The notes under the pieces are model-generated. The model was not told the origin of the DNA. It worked only from the letters and a program-made list of their open reading frames with translations, and ran no database searches. A stretch of 22,107 bases of DNA from Candidatus Woesearchaeota archaeon. Its GTDB lineage: Archaea; Nanobdellota; Nanobdellia; Pacearchaeales; GW2011-AR1. Position numbers and translations under genes: made by a program. Position 1 is the first letter of the stretch; each line of letters opens with the position of its first letter. The stretch is taken from positions 2,596 to 24,702 of the forward strand of contig CAYZDX010000001.1 of assembly GCA_964477565.1 (NCBI GenBank), written 5' to 3'. Below are positions 1-8,333 of this stretch, in pieces.

Positions 1-117
1 ATTTTCCTCTTTTTTAAAATAAGGATTTTTAACTTTAAAAACTCTATTATCTTCTTAAAAGAGTCAAAAGAAGAATATTATCTAATCTTTATAGTGTTTT
101 TATATTAATTGATGAAA

Positions 118-2400
118 TTAAAACTTTTTTTCTTTTATTGTTTTTTTCAACCATTCCTGCCATTTTGGAAAAACTCTTTCACTTAATGGCAAGCCAACTT
201 CTTCTCTTATTTCATCAGATATTTCATAAAAAGCAGAATTTGCTTTACTATTAAATTTAGCCTCTAACAACTCGGGCATTTTTAATTTTTCTGCCATCTT
301 AACTAAAAATTCTTTTATTTTTGCTCTTAGGAGAATATTATCATAAACTGCATCCCAGTTTCCAGCCCATCCTTTAACATTTGAAGCTATTTGTTTTATT
401 ACTTCGCTGTCGCCATTAATTAGTTCTGGTGTAGGTTCAAGCTCATCTTTGTCAACATTATATTTCAATAAGTCAACAAAACCTTTTTCTTCAAGAGGGT
501 CGTGAGTCCAGTGTTTTCTTACTTCAGATAGCTGAATCATTCTTCTCCAACTTTGTAGGCCGCTAGGGCTTTTTACAGGGTTACAAACCATAACTATATC
601 TGTGGCTTTGAAACTAGTTGTAGGGACTTCTAAATCATTGACAACTCTGTCAAATACAGCGTATGGAGAAGCACCATGAATAGTTCCAGCAACAACATTA
701 GCAAGAGCACCAACCCTCATGGCTTCATATAAAGCTTTAGCCTCTAGACTTCTAACTTCTCCAATAATTAAACAAGAATCCCCTAATCTTAAACTTGTAC
801 GAATACCTTCATCAGCTGAAACTTCATTGGTTGTTTCTAGAAGGGCTGAACGAACTTTCATTCTTAGAATATCATATCCTATTTTCCTTAATGCATCAAC
901 AGGCAATTCAAGAGTGTCCTCTAAACAAATAATTCTAAACTTAGGCATTATCTCTAACATTAGTGCTCCCAACATTGATGTTTTTCCACTGCTTCTAGTT
1001 CCTGCTACAAGCATTGTTCTTGAACCTTCAACGAAAAAACTTAACAAACCCGCAGTAAAGCTGTTTATCATTTTATTTTTTATAAATAATGGTAGGGTCC
1101 ATGGTTCTTCTCTGTGTCTTCTTATAGCATAAGCCAAACCTTTTGGAGATAGTGGTTGTTGTATCACTGCAACTCTGCTTCTTATTTTTCCAATTTGTAA
1201 GTCAGTATCTAGAATTGGATTAGCCTCGTCTAATGGCCTGCCACTTAACATTCTGAATTTAGCTGCCCAAGAATCTGAATCTTCTTGGCTAGGAATTATA
1301 TTTGTTATACATTCATCATAATCTTGATGTCTGACAAAAATAGGATTTAGGGATATAGGAGCATTTAGAACAATGTCCTGGAGTTTTGAGTCTTGTAATA
1401 AAATTTCTATTAGTCCAAAACCGATTGTGTGCCTAACTAAAATAGTCGCGAGTTTATTTAATTCTTCATAATTAACTTTTATTCCTTTATTTTCTGCTAA
1501 TTCTTGTAGTAAGTCTCGCGACACATTGAAAAAGACTTGTCTTGTTCTTTCAATATCTGTAAATTCCTCTTCTTTTGGTCTGTGTTCGATTAAAACATTC
1601 CTTGCTAAATTTAATAACATATGAAACTCTTCTTTAAGAGTATATTCCGGGGGGCTTAGGTGGTAGATGTATTTGAGCTCGTTTTCTTTTTTTAATATTG
1701 TGACAGTGGATTTATCATGTTTCTCTCCAATAGTATATTCATCAATAATCTCTGCTTCTTTTGGCAAACTTGCCACCAATCTTGTGAAAGTGAAGTTAGG
1801 TATAATTTCCGGCCTAAAAATCTTTTGATATATTTCCCTCTTTCCAAAAACATAATTATCAAAATATTGTTTTGCTTCTTTAATTAAAGAAAGATTATCC
1901 ATAAGGGAAAGGATTTTCTCTAATAACCTTATATAGTTCATTTCACAAATCTGACATCTGGGATCTTTCTTAATTAATGCTCTCTCCTCTCTTAAAAATC
2001 TTTTAAGTTCATGATAAGCCGCGATTGGATCTTGTTTTAATAGAGTGATAAAATAAGTCATATTTTCATGTCTCTTAGCCAAACATTGCTGACAAGATAA
2101 AACAAGTTTTTCTGGACTTAAAATCCTCTCTTGTTTAATAAGATATGTGTAGAGTTGGGCAATCTCAAGCAACATAGAGACTTCAGAAAAATCATAATTA
2201 TAGTTTCTTTGTTGAACAAAAACAATTCTTGAGACATTTGGAGTTTCAATTAAAGCATCAATTGTTCTTGCCATCACTTCAGGGTACCTTGCTAAACTTG
2301 GAACAATTGTCGCCCCCATATAATTTATATACATAACATTTTCTCCAGACTCTCTTATAACCTCGTATGCAAATAAAGGAGTATTTTCTTTAAACATCAT
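118..2400 (-). CDS. Type II/IV secretion-family ATPase (archaeal FlaI/PilB/VirB11-like) with a long N-terminal extension
   Basis: 760-aa ORF. The C-terminal ~300 aa carry Walker A AGTRSSGKTS, RIICLEDTLEL, LIIGEVRSLEA and the AGTIHGAS His box, typical of FlaI/PilB-type hexameric ATPases. The N-terminal ~440 aa are unassigned and contain two CxxC pairs (SCQQC, RCQIC). AAAAAGAGAAA precedes the ATGATG start. Confidence 0.8.
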   Translation of the reverse strand: MMFKENTPLFAYEVIRESGENVMYINYMGATIVPSLARYPEVMARTIDALIETPNVSRIVFVQQRNYNYDFSEVSMLLEIAQLYTYLIKQERILSPEKLVLSCQQCLAKRHENMTYFITLLKQDPIAAYHELKRFLREERALIKKDPRCQICEMNYIRLLEKILSLMDNLSLIKEAKQYFDNYVFGKREIYQKIFRPEIIPNFTFTRLVASLPKEAEIIDEYTIGEKHDKSTVTILKKENELKYIYHLSPPEYTLKEEFHMLLNLARNVLIEHRPKEEEFTDIERTRQVFFNVSRDLLQELAENKGIKVNYEELNKLATILVRHTIGFGLIEILLQDSKLQDIVLNAPISLNPIFVRHQDYDECITNIIPSQEDSDSWAAKFRMLSGRPLDEANPILDTDLQIGKIRSRVAVIQQPLSPKGLAYAIRRHREEPWTLPLFIKNKMINSFTAGLLSFFVEGSRTMLVAGTRSSGKTSMLGALMLEIMPKFRIICLEDTLELPVDALRKIGYDILRMKVRSALLETTNEVSADEGIRTSLRLGDSCLIIGEVRSLEAKALYEAMRVGALANVVAGTIHGASPYAVFDRVVNDLEVPTTSFKATDIVMVCNPVKSPSGLQSWRRMIQLSEVRKHWTHDPLEEKGFVDLLKYNVDKDELEPTPELINGDSEVIKQIASNVKGWAGNWDAVYDNILLRAKIKEFLVKMAEKLKMPELLEAKFNSKANSAFYEISDEIREEVGLPLSERVFPKWQEWLKKTIKEKKF

Positions 2401-2737
2401 TTTCTCTTTTTATTATTAAAAATGGGCAGTTAAAATATTTTTCTATAATTCTTCTTATTTAAAATGCTTATATTTTCAACTAAAACCAAATTACATTACA
2501 ATTATAAAAATTATTAGGAAATTTTCAAGATTTATTTAAAATGGCCTTCATTGATTTAAATTTATCTTGAAAGTTTGTTGGTTAGTAAAATAAGAATTAA
2601 AGAAAATTATGGGTTCTTTTGAAAAATTCTTGGATATTTGTTTTGGCTGTTTAATGATAGAAGCATATTTTTAACATATCTCGGGGTATAAAAAGAATTT
2701 TAAACCCTTTATTCTTTATTAAATAAAAGGAGGAAAA

Positions 2738-3049
2738 ATGGTTGAGCAGGAGAATTTTATTTCACCTTTAATTGCAGAGTTTAATACTAGATTAAGGGGT
2801 TTAGAAGAAAAACAAGAATTATTAAAAGAGAGAAGCTTACTTATTGGAGAAAACCTTATTGAGATTAAAAATAATCTGGAGAAAGAGTTAACTAAATTAA
2901 AGTTGGATATGGAAGAGATAAAAGCTGATTTGGCAAAAATAAAAACAAATTTAATAAGGTTTTCAGATGAATTGGAAAAGAAAGCTAAAAAAACAGATGT
3001 AGAAATTTTAGCTAAACAAATGAAATTGTTTGAACCTTTTATAGAATAA
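2738..3049 (+). CDS. Hypothetical coiled-coil protein
   Basis: 103-aa ORF preceded by a strong SD, AAGGAGG (2727-2733). The sequence is K/E/L-rich and heptad-like throughout. Its stop (3047-3049) lies 1 nt before the next ATG, suggesting translational coupling. No family recognised. Confidence 0.5.
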   Translation: MVEQENFISPLIAEFNTRLRGLEEKQELLKERSLLIGENLIEIKNNLEKELTKLKLDMEEIKADLAKIKTNLIRFSDELEKKAKKTDVEILAKQMKLFEPFIE

Positions 3050-3050
3050 A

Positions 3051-3800
3051 ATGCCTTTAATAAATGAAGTTATGAAGCTTAAGAATCAGGGAATGTCTGA
3101 CCAGGAAATAATAAAGTATTTAAAAGACTCTGGTTTTTCTCCATTGGATATTTCTCAAGCATTAGAGCAAGCTAAAATTAAAGAAGTTGTTTCTAAGGAT
3201 TCTAATTTAAGAAGTCAAGCGAATCAAGAGAATCAAGAACAAAATTCAAATGTAGAAGAGATGCAACCAAGTGTCATTGAAAGTGAGCCAAAAAAAGAAT
3301 ATGGGCCTTATCAAGAAACAAATCAAGAATATCAGCAACAAACTTCTCAACCTGCTCAAATGCCCCAACAAACTCAAGCAATTAGTGAGGAGGCAGCTCC
3401 TCCACAACAAGTAGCTTACTCCCCTCAAGAAACCTACCCTGCTGTTCCTCAACCAGGATATGCAGGAGATTATCAACAGGAATATGGTTATCAACCATAT
3501 CAACAGGAGATGACAACAGAGATTATTGAACAGATAACTGAAGAAAAAATTGGGAGATTAAAAGAAGCTATTAATTCTTTTGAGAACTTTAGGATGGCAG
3601 TAGAAAAAAAATTAAAAAATTTAGATGAAAGATTAAAAAAAATTGAAGATACAATAGATAAGCTTCAGGAAAATATAATAAAAAAAATAGGAAGTTATGG
3701 GGAGAATTTAGAAGATATAAAAAAAGAGATGGAAATGATGCAGGAGAGTTTTTCTAAAACCCTCCCAAAACTTCTTAAGAAGAAAAAAACAAAAAAATAG
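3051..3800 (+). CDS. Hypothetical protein: small N-terminal helical (UBA-like) module, Q/P/Y-rich low-complexity linker, C-terminal coiled coil
   Basis: 249-aa ORF. N-terminus is VMKLKNQGMSDQEIIKYLKDSGFSPLDISQALEQA. The middle ~110 aa are rich in Q, P, Y and E. The C-terminal K/E/L heptads resemble the preceding ORF. Coupled to the upstream ORF. Confidence 0.55.
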   Translation: MPLINEVMKLKNQGMSDQEIIKYLKDSGFSPLDISQALEQAKIKEVVSKDSNLRSQANQENQEQNSNVEEMQPSVIESEPKKEYGPYQETNQEYQQQTSQPAQMPQQTQAISEEAAPPQQVAYSPQETYPAVPQPGYAGDYQQEYGYQPYQQEMTTEIIEQITEEKIGRLKEAINSFENFRMAVEKKLKNLDERLKKIEDTIDKLQENIIKKIGSYGENLEDIKKEMEMMQESFSKTLPKLLKKKKTKK

Positions 3801-3806
3801 CTTGAA

Positions 3807-3879
3807 TGTCCCTACCAGGACTCGAACCTGGATTTCTTCCTCCGCAAGGAAGTGGCCTGTCCAATTAGCCGATAGGGAC
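3807..3879 (-). tRNA. tRNA-Arg (anticodon GCG)
   Basis: The reverse complement folds as a cloverleaf: acceptor GTCCCTA/TAGGGAC, anticodon stem CTTCC/GGAAG with loop TTGCGGA, T arm CCAGG-TTCGAGT-CCTGG, discriminator A. No CCA encoded. Confidence 0.9.
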
Positions 3880-3943
3880 TTTTTAGAAAAAACAAGTAAT
3901 TTTTAATTATTTTTCTGTTTGTTTTATCGATATAATAAATAAC

Positions 3944-4480
3944 TTATGCCCATATTAATACTCTCTTTTCTTTTGTTATCTCTTTAACTGGATAGATTCT
4001 TTCTACTAATTCTTCTGGAGAAAACCAGAGTTTAATTTCTCTTTTTGCACTTTCTTCAGAATCAGAGCAATGAATTACATTTTCAAAAACTTTTGTTTCA
4101 GAGTGTATTCTTCCATATTTTCCTCTAATTGATATGGGAGAAGCTTTTTCAGGATTTGTCTCGCCAGAGATTTTTCTTATTTTTTGTATTGCATTTTCTC
4201 CATGATAAACTAAAGCAAAAACCCTGTCAGTATGATATTTTCCTTGAATATAATCAAGAACATTTTCAAAAATGCTTTTTCCTTTTTCTTCACCATGTTT
4301 TTGGATTAATGAAGGAAGCAGCTCATGATAATGTTTTTCAGCCATTTCTTTTGTAACTTTAACAATTTTGGCTCCAACTATTTTTAATTTTGTTTCTGAT
4401 AAAGCTGTTAAGATGTTGCCAGTTAAACTTTTCACTAATCCATCTGGCTTTATTATCACAAGAGATTGCTGTATAGACAT
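3944..4480 (-). CDS. ndk: Nucleoside diphosphate kinase
   Basis: LVIIKPDGL N-terminus, catalytic-His motif NVIHCSDS, and EIKLWF near the C-terminus. 178 aa, somewhat longer than minimal NDKs. Confidence 0.85.
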   Translation of the reverse strand: MSIQQSLVIIKPDGLVKSLTGNILTALSETKLKIVGAKIVKVTKEMAEKHYHELLPSLIQKHGEEKGKSIFENVLDYIQGKYHTDRVFALVYHGENAIQKIRKISGETNPEKASPISIRGKYGRIHSETKVFENVIHCSDSEESAKREIKLWFSPEELVERIYPVKEITKEKRVLIWA

Positions 4481-4510
4481 TTTAGCTTGTTTAATTTTGG
4501 AATAAAAGAA

Positions 4511-4519
4511 TATTTAAAT
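4511..4519 (+). promoter_or_regulatory. TATA box for the EndoQ-like gene
   Basis: TATTTAAAT, centred 25 nt from ATG 4540. Confidence 0.45.
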
Positions 4520-4539
4520 CTTATTATATAATTTTTTTA

Positions 4540-5775
4540 ATGAATGAGGCAATTAAAAAAGGAATTTTTGCTGATTTGCATATACATTCAAGATTTTCAA
4601 GAGCTACATCTAAAGCATTGAATATAGAAAATTTAGAGAAATATGCGAGAATAAAAGGTCTTGATTTGCTTGGAACAGGAGATTTTCAACATCCATTATG
4701 GTTTAAGGAGTTAGATAAATTAGAAGAGAAAGAGGGCATACTTTATACAAAAACAGGATTTCCTTTTTTATGGCAAACAGAAATTTCGTTGATGTATACT
4801 CAGGGGGGTAAAGGGAGGAGAATACATCACCTTATTTTAGCTCCTGAAAAAGAAGTTGTTAAGCAAATTATAGATTTCTTCAAAACAAAAGGAAGGCTAG
4901 ATTACGATGGAAGGCCTATTTTTGGTTTTTCAAGTATGGAATTAATTGAGGAGTTAAAAAAAATAGATGAGAAAATAGAGATTATTCCTGCACATATATG
5001 GACCCCTTGGTTTGGTGTTTTTGGAAGTCAATCAGGATTTGATAGTTTGAAAGAAGCATTTCAAGATAAGGTGAGAGAGATACATGCAATTGAAACTGGT
5101 TTGTCTTCTGACCCTGAAATGAATTGGAGAATTTCAGAGTTAAATAACCGAGCTATCTTGTCTTTTTCTGATGCCCATTCTTTTTGGCCATGGAGATTGG
5201 GCAGAGAGGCAACTATTTTTGATTTGGAAAAAGATAATTTAAGTTATGAAAATGTGATAAAAGCTATAAGAAATATTTCTATTCTTGGAACAGTGGAGGT
5301 TAATCCTGCTTATGGGAAATATCATTATGATGGTCATAGGTTTTGTAATTTTTCTTGCTCTCCTGAGGAAACCAAAAGGCTTGAAGGAATATGTCCAAAA
5401 TGTGGAAAAAGATTAATTATAGGGGTTGAAAATAGGGTAGAAAGTTTAGCTGACCAAAAGATAGAGGATAATAAAAATAAAAAGCCATATTATGAAATTC
5501 TTCCCTTAAATGAAATTATAAGCCTTGTTAAAAAAACAGGATTATCAACAAAGACAAATCAAAAAATTTACAATAATTTTATCCAAAAATTTGGAAATGA
5601 ATTTAATGTCCTTTTGAATGTTTCAAGAGAGGAGATGTTAAAGGAAATGCCTAAGGAAGATAAATTGATAGAGGTAATTTTAAAAAACAGGGTGGGCAAG
5701 ATAAAGGTTAAACCTGGGTATGATGGAGTTTATGGAGAGGCAGTATTAGGAGAAAAACAAGAAAAATTATTTTAA
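4540..5775 (+). CDS. Endonuclease Q-like PHP-domain nuclease with zinc ribbon (COG1379 family)
   Basis: Motifs DLHIHSRFSRATSK, GLDLLGTGD, RRIHHL, PAHIWTPW, SDAHSFWPWRLGRE, GKYHYDGH, CPKCGKRLIIGVENRVESLAD, YYEILPLNEII and PGYDGVYGE. As I recall it, their order matches Pyrococcus EndoQ. Confidence 0.75.
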   Translation: MNEAIKKGIFADLHIHSRFSRATSKALNIENLEKYARIKGLDLLGTGDFQHPLWFKELDKLEEKEGILYTKTGFPFLWQTEISLMYTQGGKGRRIHHLILAPEKEVVKQIIDFFKTKGRLDYDGRPIFGFSSMELIEELKKIDEKIEIIPAHIWTPWFGVFGSQSGFDSLKEAFQDKVREIHAIETGLSSDPEMNWRISELNNRAILSFSDAHSFWPWRLGREATIFDLEKDNLSYENVIKAIRNISILGTVEVNPAYGKYHYDGHRFCNFSCSPEETKRLEGICPKCGKRLIIGVENRVESLADQKIEDNKNKKPYYEILPLNEIISLVKKTGLSTKTNQKIYNNFIQKFGNEFNVLLNVSREEMLKEMPKEDKLIEVILKNRVGKIKVKPGYDGVYGEAVLGEKQEKLF

Positions 5776-6113
5776 TCAGATTTGAAATCTTTTAATAACC
5801 TTAATAGGCCAGAAGGCAATTCTTGTTCAGAAGGCATTGTTTCTATTGTTACAACCCTTTCATATTGAAACCTTTTGAAATCTGGAATTTTTGAAACAGC
5901 TATCTTCATTAATCTTTTTCCATCATACCATAAAAATTCCTGTTTTAAATCTCCCCTTATAAGAGAAATAGCTATATCTTCTAATTCCTTGGTGATATTG
6001 TCATTTGGATTTAAAGGCACACGTTGATTTGTTTCTTCTCTTTTTTCAAAATTATAAGTTCTTCTGTATGTTCTTTTACTCTTATATTCATCCCCCATTT
6101 TTAAGATATTCAT
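5772..6113 (-). CDS. Hypothetical protein, start overlaps the Nop10-like ORF stop (ATGA)
   Basis: 113-aa ORF. ATG 6111-6113 overlaps the TGA (6110-6112) of the upstream mini-ORF. The 3' end overlaps the EndoQ stop convergently by 4 nt. No family recognised. Confidence 0.5.
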   Translation of the reverse strand: MNILKMGDEYKSKRTYRRTYNFEKREETNQRVPLNPNDNITKELEDIAISLIRGDLKQEFLWYDGKRLMKIAVSKIPDFKRFQYERVVTIETMPSEQELPSGLLRLLKDFKSD

Positions 6114-6115
6114 CC
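6084..6115. repeat. 10-nt direct repeat (plus strand ATATTCATCC at 6084-6093 and 6106-6115; period 22 nt) at the Nop10 / 113-aa ORF junction
   Basis: On the coding (minus) strand GGATGAATAT occurs twice. The first copy contains the Nop10 stop and the next ORF's ATG. The second copy encodes GDEY in the 113-aa ORF. Confidence 0.6.
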
Positions 6116-6217
6116 AAACTTTTTTATGAATTTGTATCCAGCAAGTTTCGTTTTTTGCTTACAATGTTCTTTTTTAAGTGTATATTTTCCACAAATTAAA
6201 CATTTTCTTAATTTCAT
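6110..6217 (-). CDS. nop10: Nop10-like H/ACA RNP protein, apparently truncated (35 aa); absent from the ORF track
   Basis: My translation is MKLRKCLICGKYTLKKEHCKQKTKLAGYKFIKKFG*. KCxxCGxYTLK...C...KT...A...[KR]F matches the Nop10 zinc-ribbon half. It lies directly downstream of aIF2-alpha, the conserved archaeal position. A GAGGG SD-like element lies about 15 nt upstream. Confidence 0.6.
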   Translation of the reverse strand: MKLRKCLICGKYTLKKEHCKQKTKLAGYKFIKKFG

Positions 6218-6269
6218 TTGATTAAATAAGTTTTTCCCTCTCTTTATTTTGAATAGAGATTATTTATAA

Positions 6270-6983
6270 TTAAATTTTTCGTTTTTCCTTAACTTCAAAT
6301 TTTGCTTTTCCGCTTGCTTTTTCTTCTATATCTTTAAGCATTTTCTCAATTTCCTGATTTGCCTTTTTGTAGTTTTCTGCTTTAATTTTTAAAACAAATT
6401 TTCCTGCAGCCAGGTAAGTTATGTTATCTTTATAATTTTTAAGGATATCTTTTATTATTGTTATTCCGTTAGATTCTTTAGAATATAAAGAAAATTCTTT
6501 TTTAATTTCTACTTCTTTTCCACCTCTTTTTTCAATTATTTTTTTAATTTTTTCGCATATTTCTTCTGGAAAATATTTTTTTAATAAACTATAATCTTTT
6601 TTACAATTTTCTAAAAAAGAATTGAGACTTTTATGTTCCTTTTTTATTTTTTCTATTAATTCTTGTTTGTTAATGACAGATTTAATTATTGCAGTTGCTG
6701 TTTTTTCTCTTTTATATTCCCCCATAACTTCTTTTTTTTCTTTTTCTGAAACTCTTCTTAATGATAAGTGGATGTTTCCAGAATCATTTATTTCCAAAAC
6801 CTTACAAACAATTTTTTTTCCAGGAATAACATAATCCCTTATGTTTCTAATTCTTCCAGGAGCAATTTCCGAGGTTATGATTGTTCCTTCTCCATTCCCT
6901 TCTATATTTACAAATACTGTCGTCTTTGTTATTCTATCAACAGTGCACAAAACTACATCACCTTCTTCTAATTTTTCTTCCAT
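6270..6983 (-). CDS. eif2a: Translation initiation factor aIF2 alpha subunit
   Basis: N-terminal S1/OB domain (GDVVLCTVDRITKTTVFVNIEG...IRNIRDYVIPGKKIVCKVLEI...IHLSLRRV) followed by a helical and an alpha-beta domain. 237 aa. Confidence 0.85.
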   Translation of the reverse strand: MEEKLEEGDVVLCTVDRITKTTVFVNIEGNGEGTIITSEIAPGRIRNIRDYVIPGKKIVCKVLEINDSGNIHLSLRRVSEKEKKEVMGEYKREKTATAIIKSVINKQELIEKIKKEHKSLNSFLENCKKDYSLLKKYFPEEICEKIKKIIEKRGGKEVEIKKEFSLYSKESNGITIIKDILKNYKDNITYLAAGKFVLKIKAENYKKANQEIEKMLKDIEEKASGKAKFEVKEKRKI

Positions 6984-7007
6984 GTAGATATAAAGAAATA
7001 GACTCTT

Positions 7008-8315
7008 TTAAATTTTTACTACTTCTGTTTTTAGTTGTTCAGTCAATAATTCAATAAATTCTTCCTCTTTTTCTTTAGGGATAAGGCAACCAGCAGCTTC
7101 TGCATGCCCTCCACAAGCGCAATCAAAATTTTCTGTTACAGATTCAAGTATTTCGCGAACATTCCTTCCATTTCTTCCTGCAAGTCTTGCTGAAACTTTT
7201 ATTTTGTCTTTATCATAAGACATTGCTACAATAATTGTCCCTTCTTTATATTGGTTTGACATTGATAAAATTGATGCTACAGTTCCAATTATCGTATCTT
7301 TAATATTTTTTCCTGCATTTAAAATAACATAATTATCTCCTTCAATCTTGTTATTTTCAGCAAAATTTAAAGCAGAAACTAGGTGTTGTTTATAATTTGC
7401 ATAAATATTTTCTGCTTCTATCCTTGCCTTTTCATGATTAAGACATAAAGCTAAGGCTACATCACTTCTATCAAGTCTTGAACAGGCATTTATCATAGCG
7501 GATAATTCGCGAGCATCTTCAAGCCTATTAAAAAACTTGACCAAATAAATATTTCCTATAAGCTCTTCACTTTTCTTCTTTGTTCTTAGTAGTATTGAGG
7601 TAATTAAGCTAGAAAGTTCTTTTTCATCTAATTCAATTAGGGATTTCCATCTGTCATTCTCTTTTTTAATTCCTGCTTCTCTTAATAAATCAAGAACTCC
7701 TTTGTAGTTTCCTGTTACCCCTGGAATGAATATTGAAGAAAATTCTAGAGTTTTATGTATCGGGCGAGTAGCTGGATATAGGTTTAGGCCCTTTTTAACT
7801 ACAACTTCTGCATCTTCAATAAGTGTGTTTGAGAGTTTTCCAATTTCTTTATCTAACATATCCCCTACAAGCCCAATTAAACCAAGTGTTGCGAGGTCTT
7901 TATTTTCATGGGATATTTCTTTTGAGAATAAGTAGGTAAGGCCAGAAGCTGAAATTTTTTCCCCACCAAATAAATGAGGATTTATGAATGTAGTATTCTC
8001 GTGGCTTTCAGAACTAATCTCATGGTGGTCTATAACAAAAACTTCTTTTTTTAAATTTCCAATCTCATCTAAACTACTTGAACCTAAATCAAGAAAAATT
8101 AAAACGTCACCATTTCTTGATAAATTTTTTACACTTCCTTTTTCAAGATTTTTTACAATTTTGACTGAAAAATTTTTACCAAGTCTCTTAAGTGTTTGGG
8201 CCATAATTGCTGCAGAAGTAATTCCATCAGTGTCGTAATGGCTTATAACTTTTATATTTTTTCCCTTTATTGTTTCTAAAAATTTTCTTGCAGCTAGATT
8301 TAATTCTTTCTTCAT
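7008..8315 (-). CDS. DHH/DHHA1 phosphoesterase, archaeal RecJ/Cdc45-like (GAN-type) nuclease
   Basis: Motifs HYDTDGITS, FLDLG, VIDHH and GGHAEAAG, in the canonical DHH-DHHA1 order. SD AAAAGAGGAAAATG at the start. Adjacent to uS15. Confidence 0.75.
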   Translation of the reverse strand: MKKELNLAARKFLETIKGKNIKVISHYDTDGITSAAIMAQTLKRLGKNFSVKIVKNLEKGSVKNLSRNGDVLIFLDLGSSSLDEIGNLKKEVFVIDHHEISSESHENTTFINPHLFGGEKISASGLTYLFSKEISHENKDLATLGLIGLVGDMLDKEIGKLSNTLIEDAEVVVKKGLNLYPATRPIHKTLEFSSIFIPGVTGNYKGVLDLLREAGIKKENDRWKSLIELDEKELSSLITSILLRTKKKSEELIGNIYLVKFFNRLEDARELSAMINACSRLDRSDVALALCLNHEKARIEAENIYANYKQHLVSALNFAENNKIEGDNYVILNAGKNIKDTIIGTVASILSMSNQYKEGTIIVAMSYDKDKIKVSARLAGRNGRNVREILESVTENFDCACGGHAEAAGCLIPKEKEEEFIELLTEQLKTEVVKI

Positions 8316-8333
8316 TTTCCTCTTTTAATAAAG

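Noticed and set aside
2401-2737. The 337-nt spacer between the ATPase and the coiled-coil genes was scanned for small ORFs or RNA. It contains MGSFEKFLDICFGCLMIEAYF (21 aa), MAFIDLNLS and a short GGGT/ACCC stem around a TATA.
   Set aside because: The ORFs are tiny with no start context. The region is uniformly AT-rich with no GC island or extended pairing, and is best read as a divergent promoter region.
6005-6199. Tracked 64-aa plus-strand ORF in the aIF2-alpha / 113-aa ORF spacer.
   Set aside because: It is antisense to the Nop10-like mini-ORF and to the start of the 113-aa ORF. It has an F/L-rich low-complexity product and no start context.
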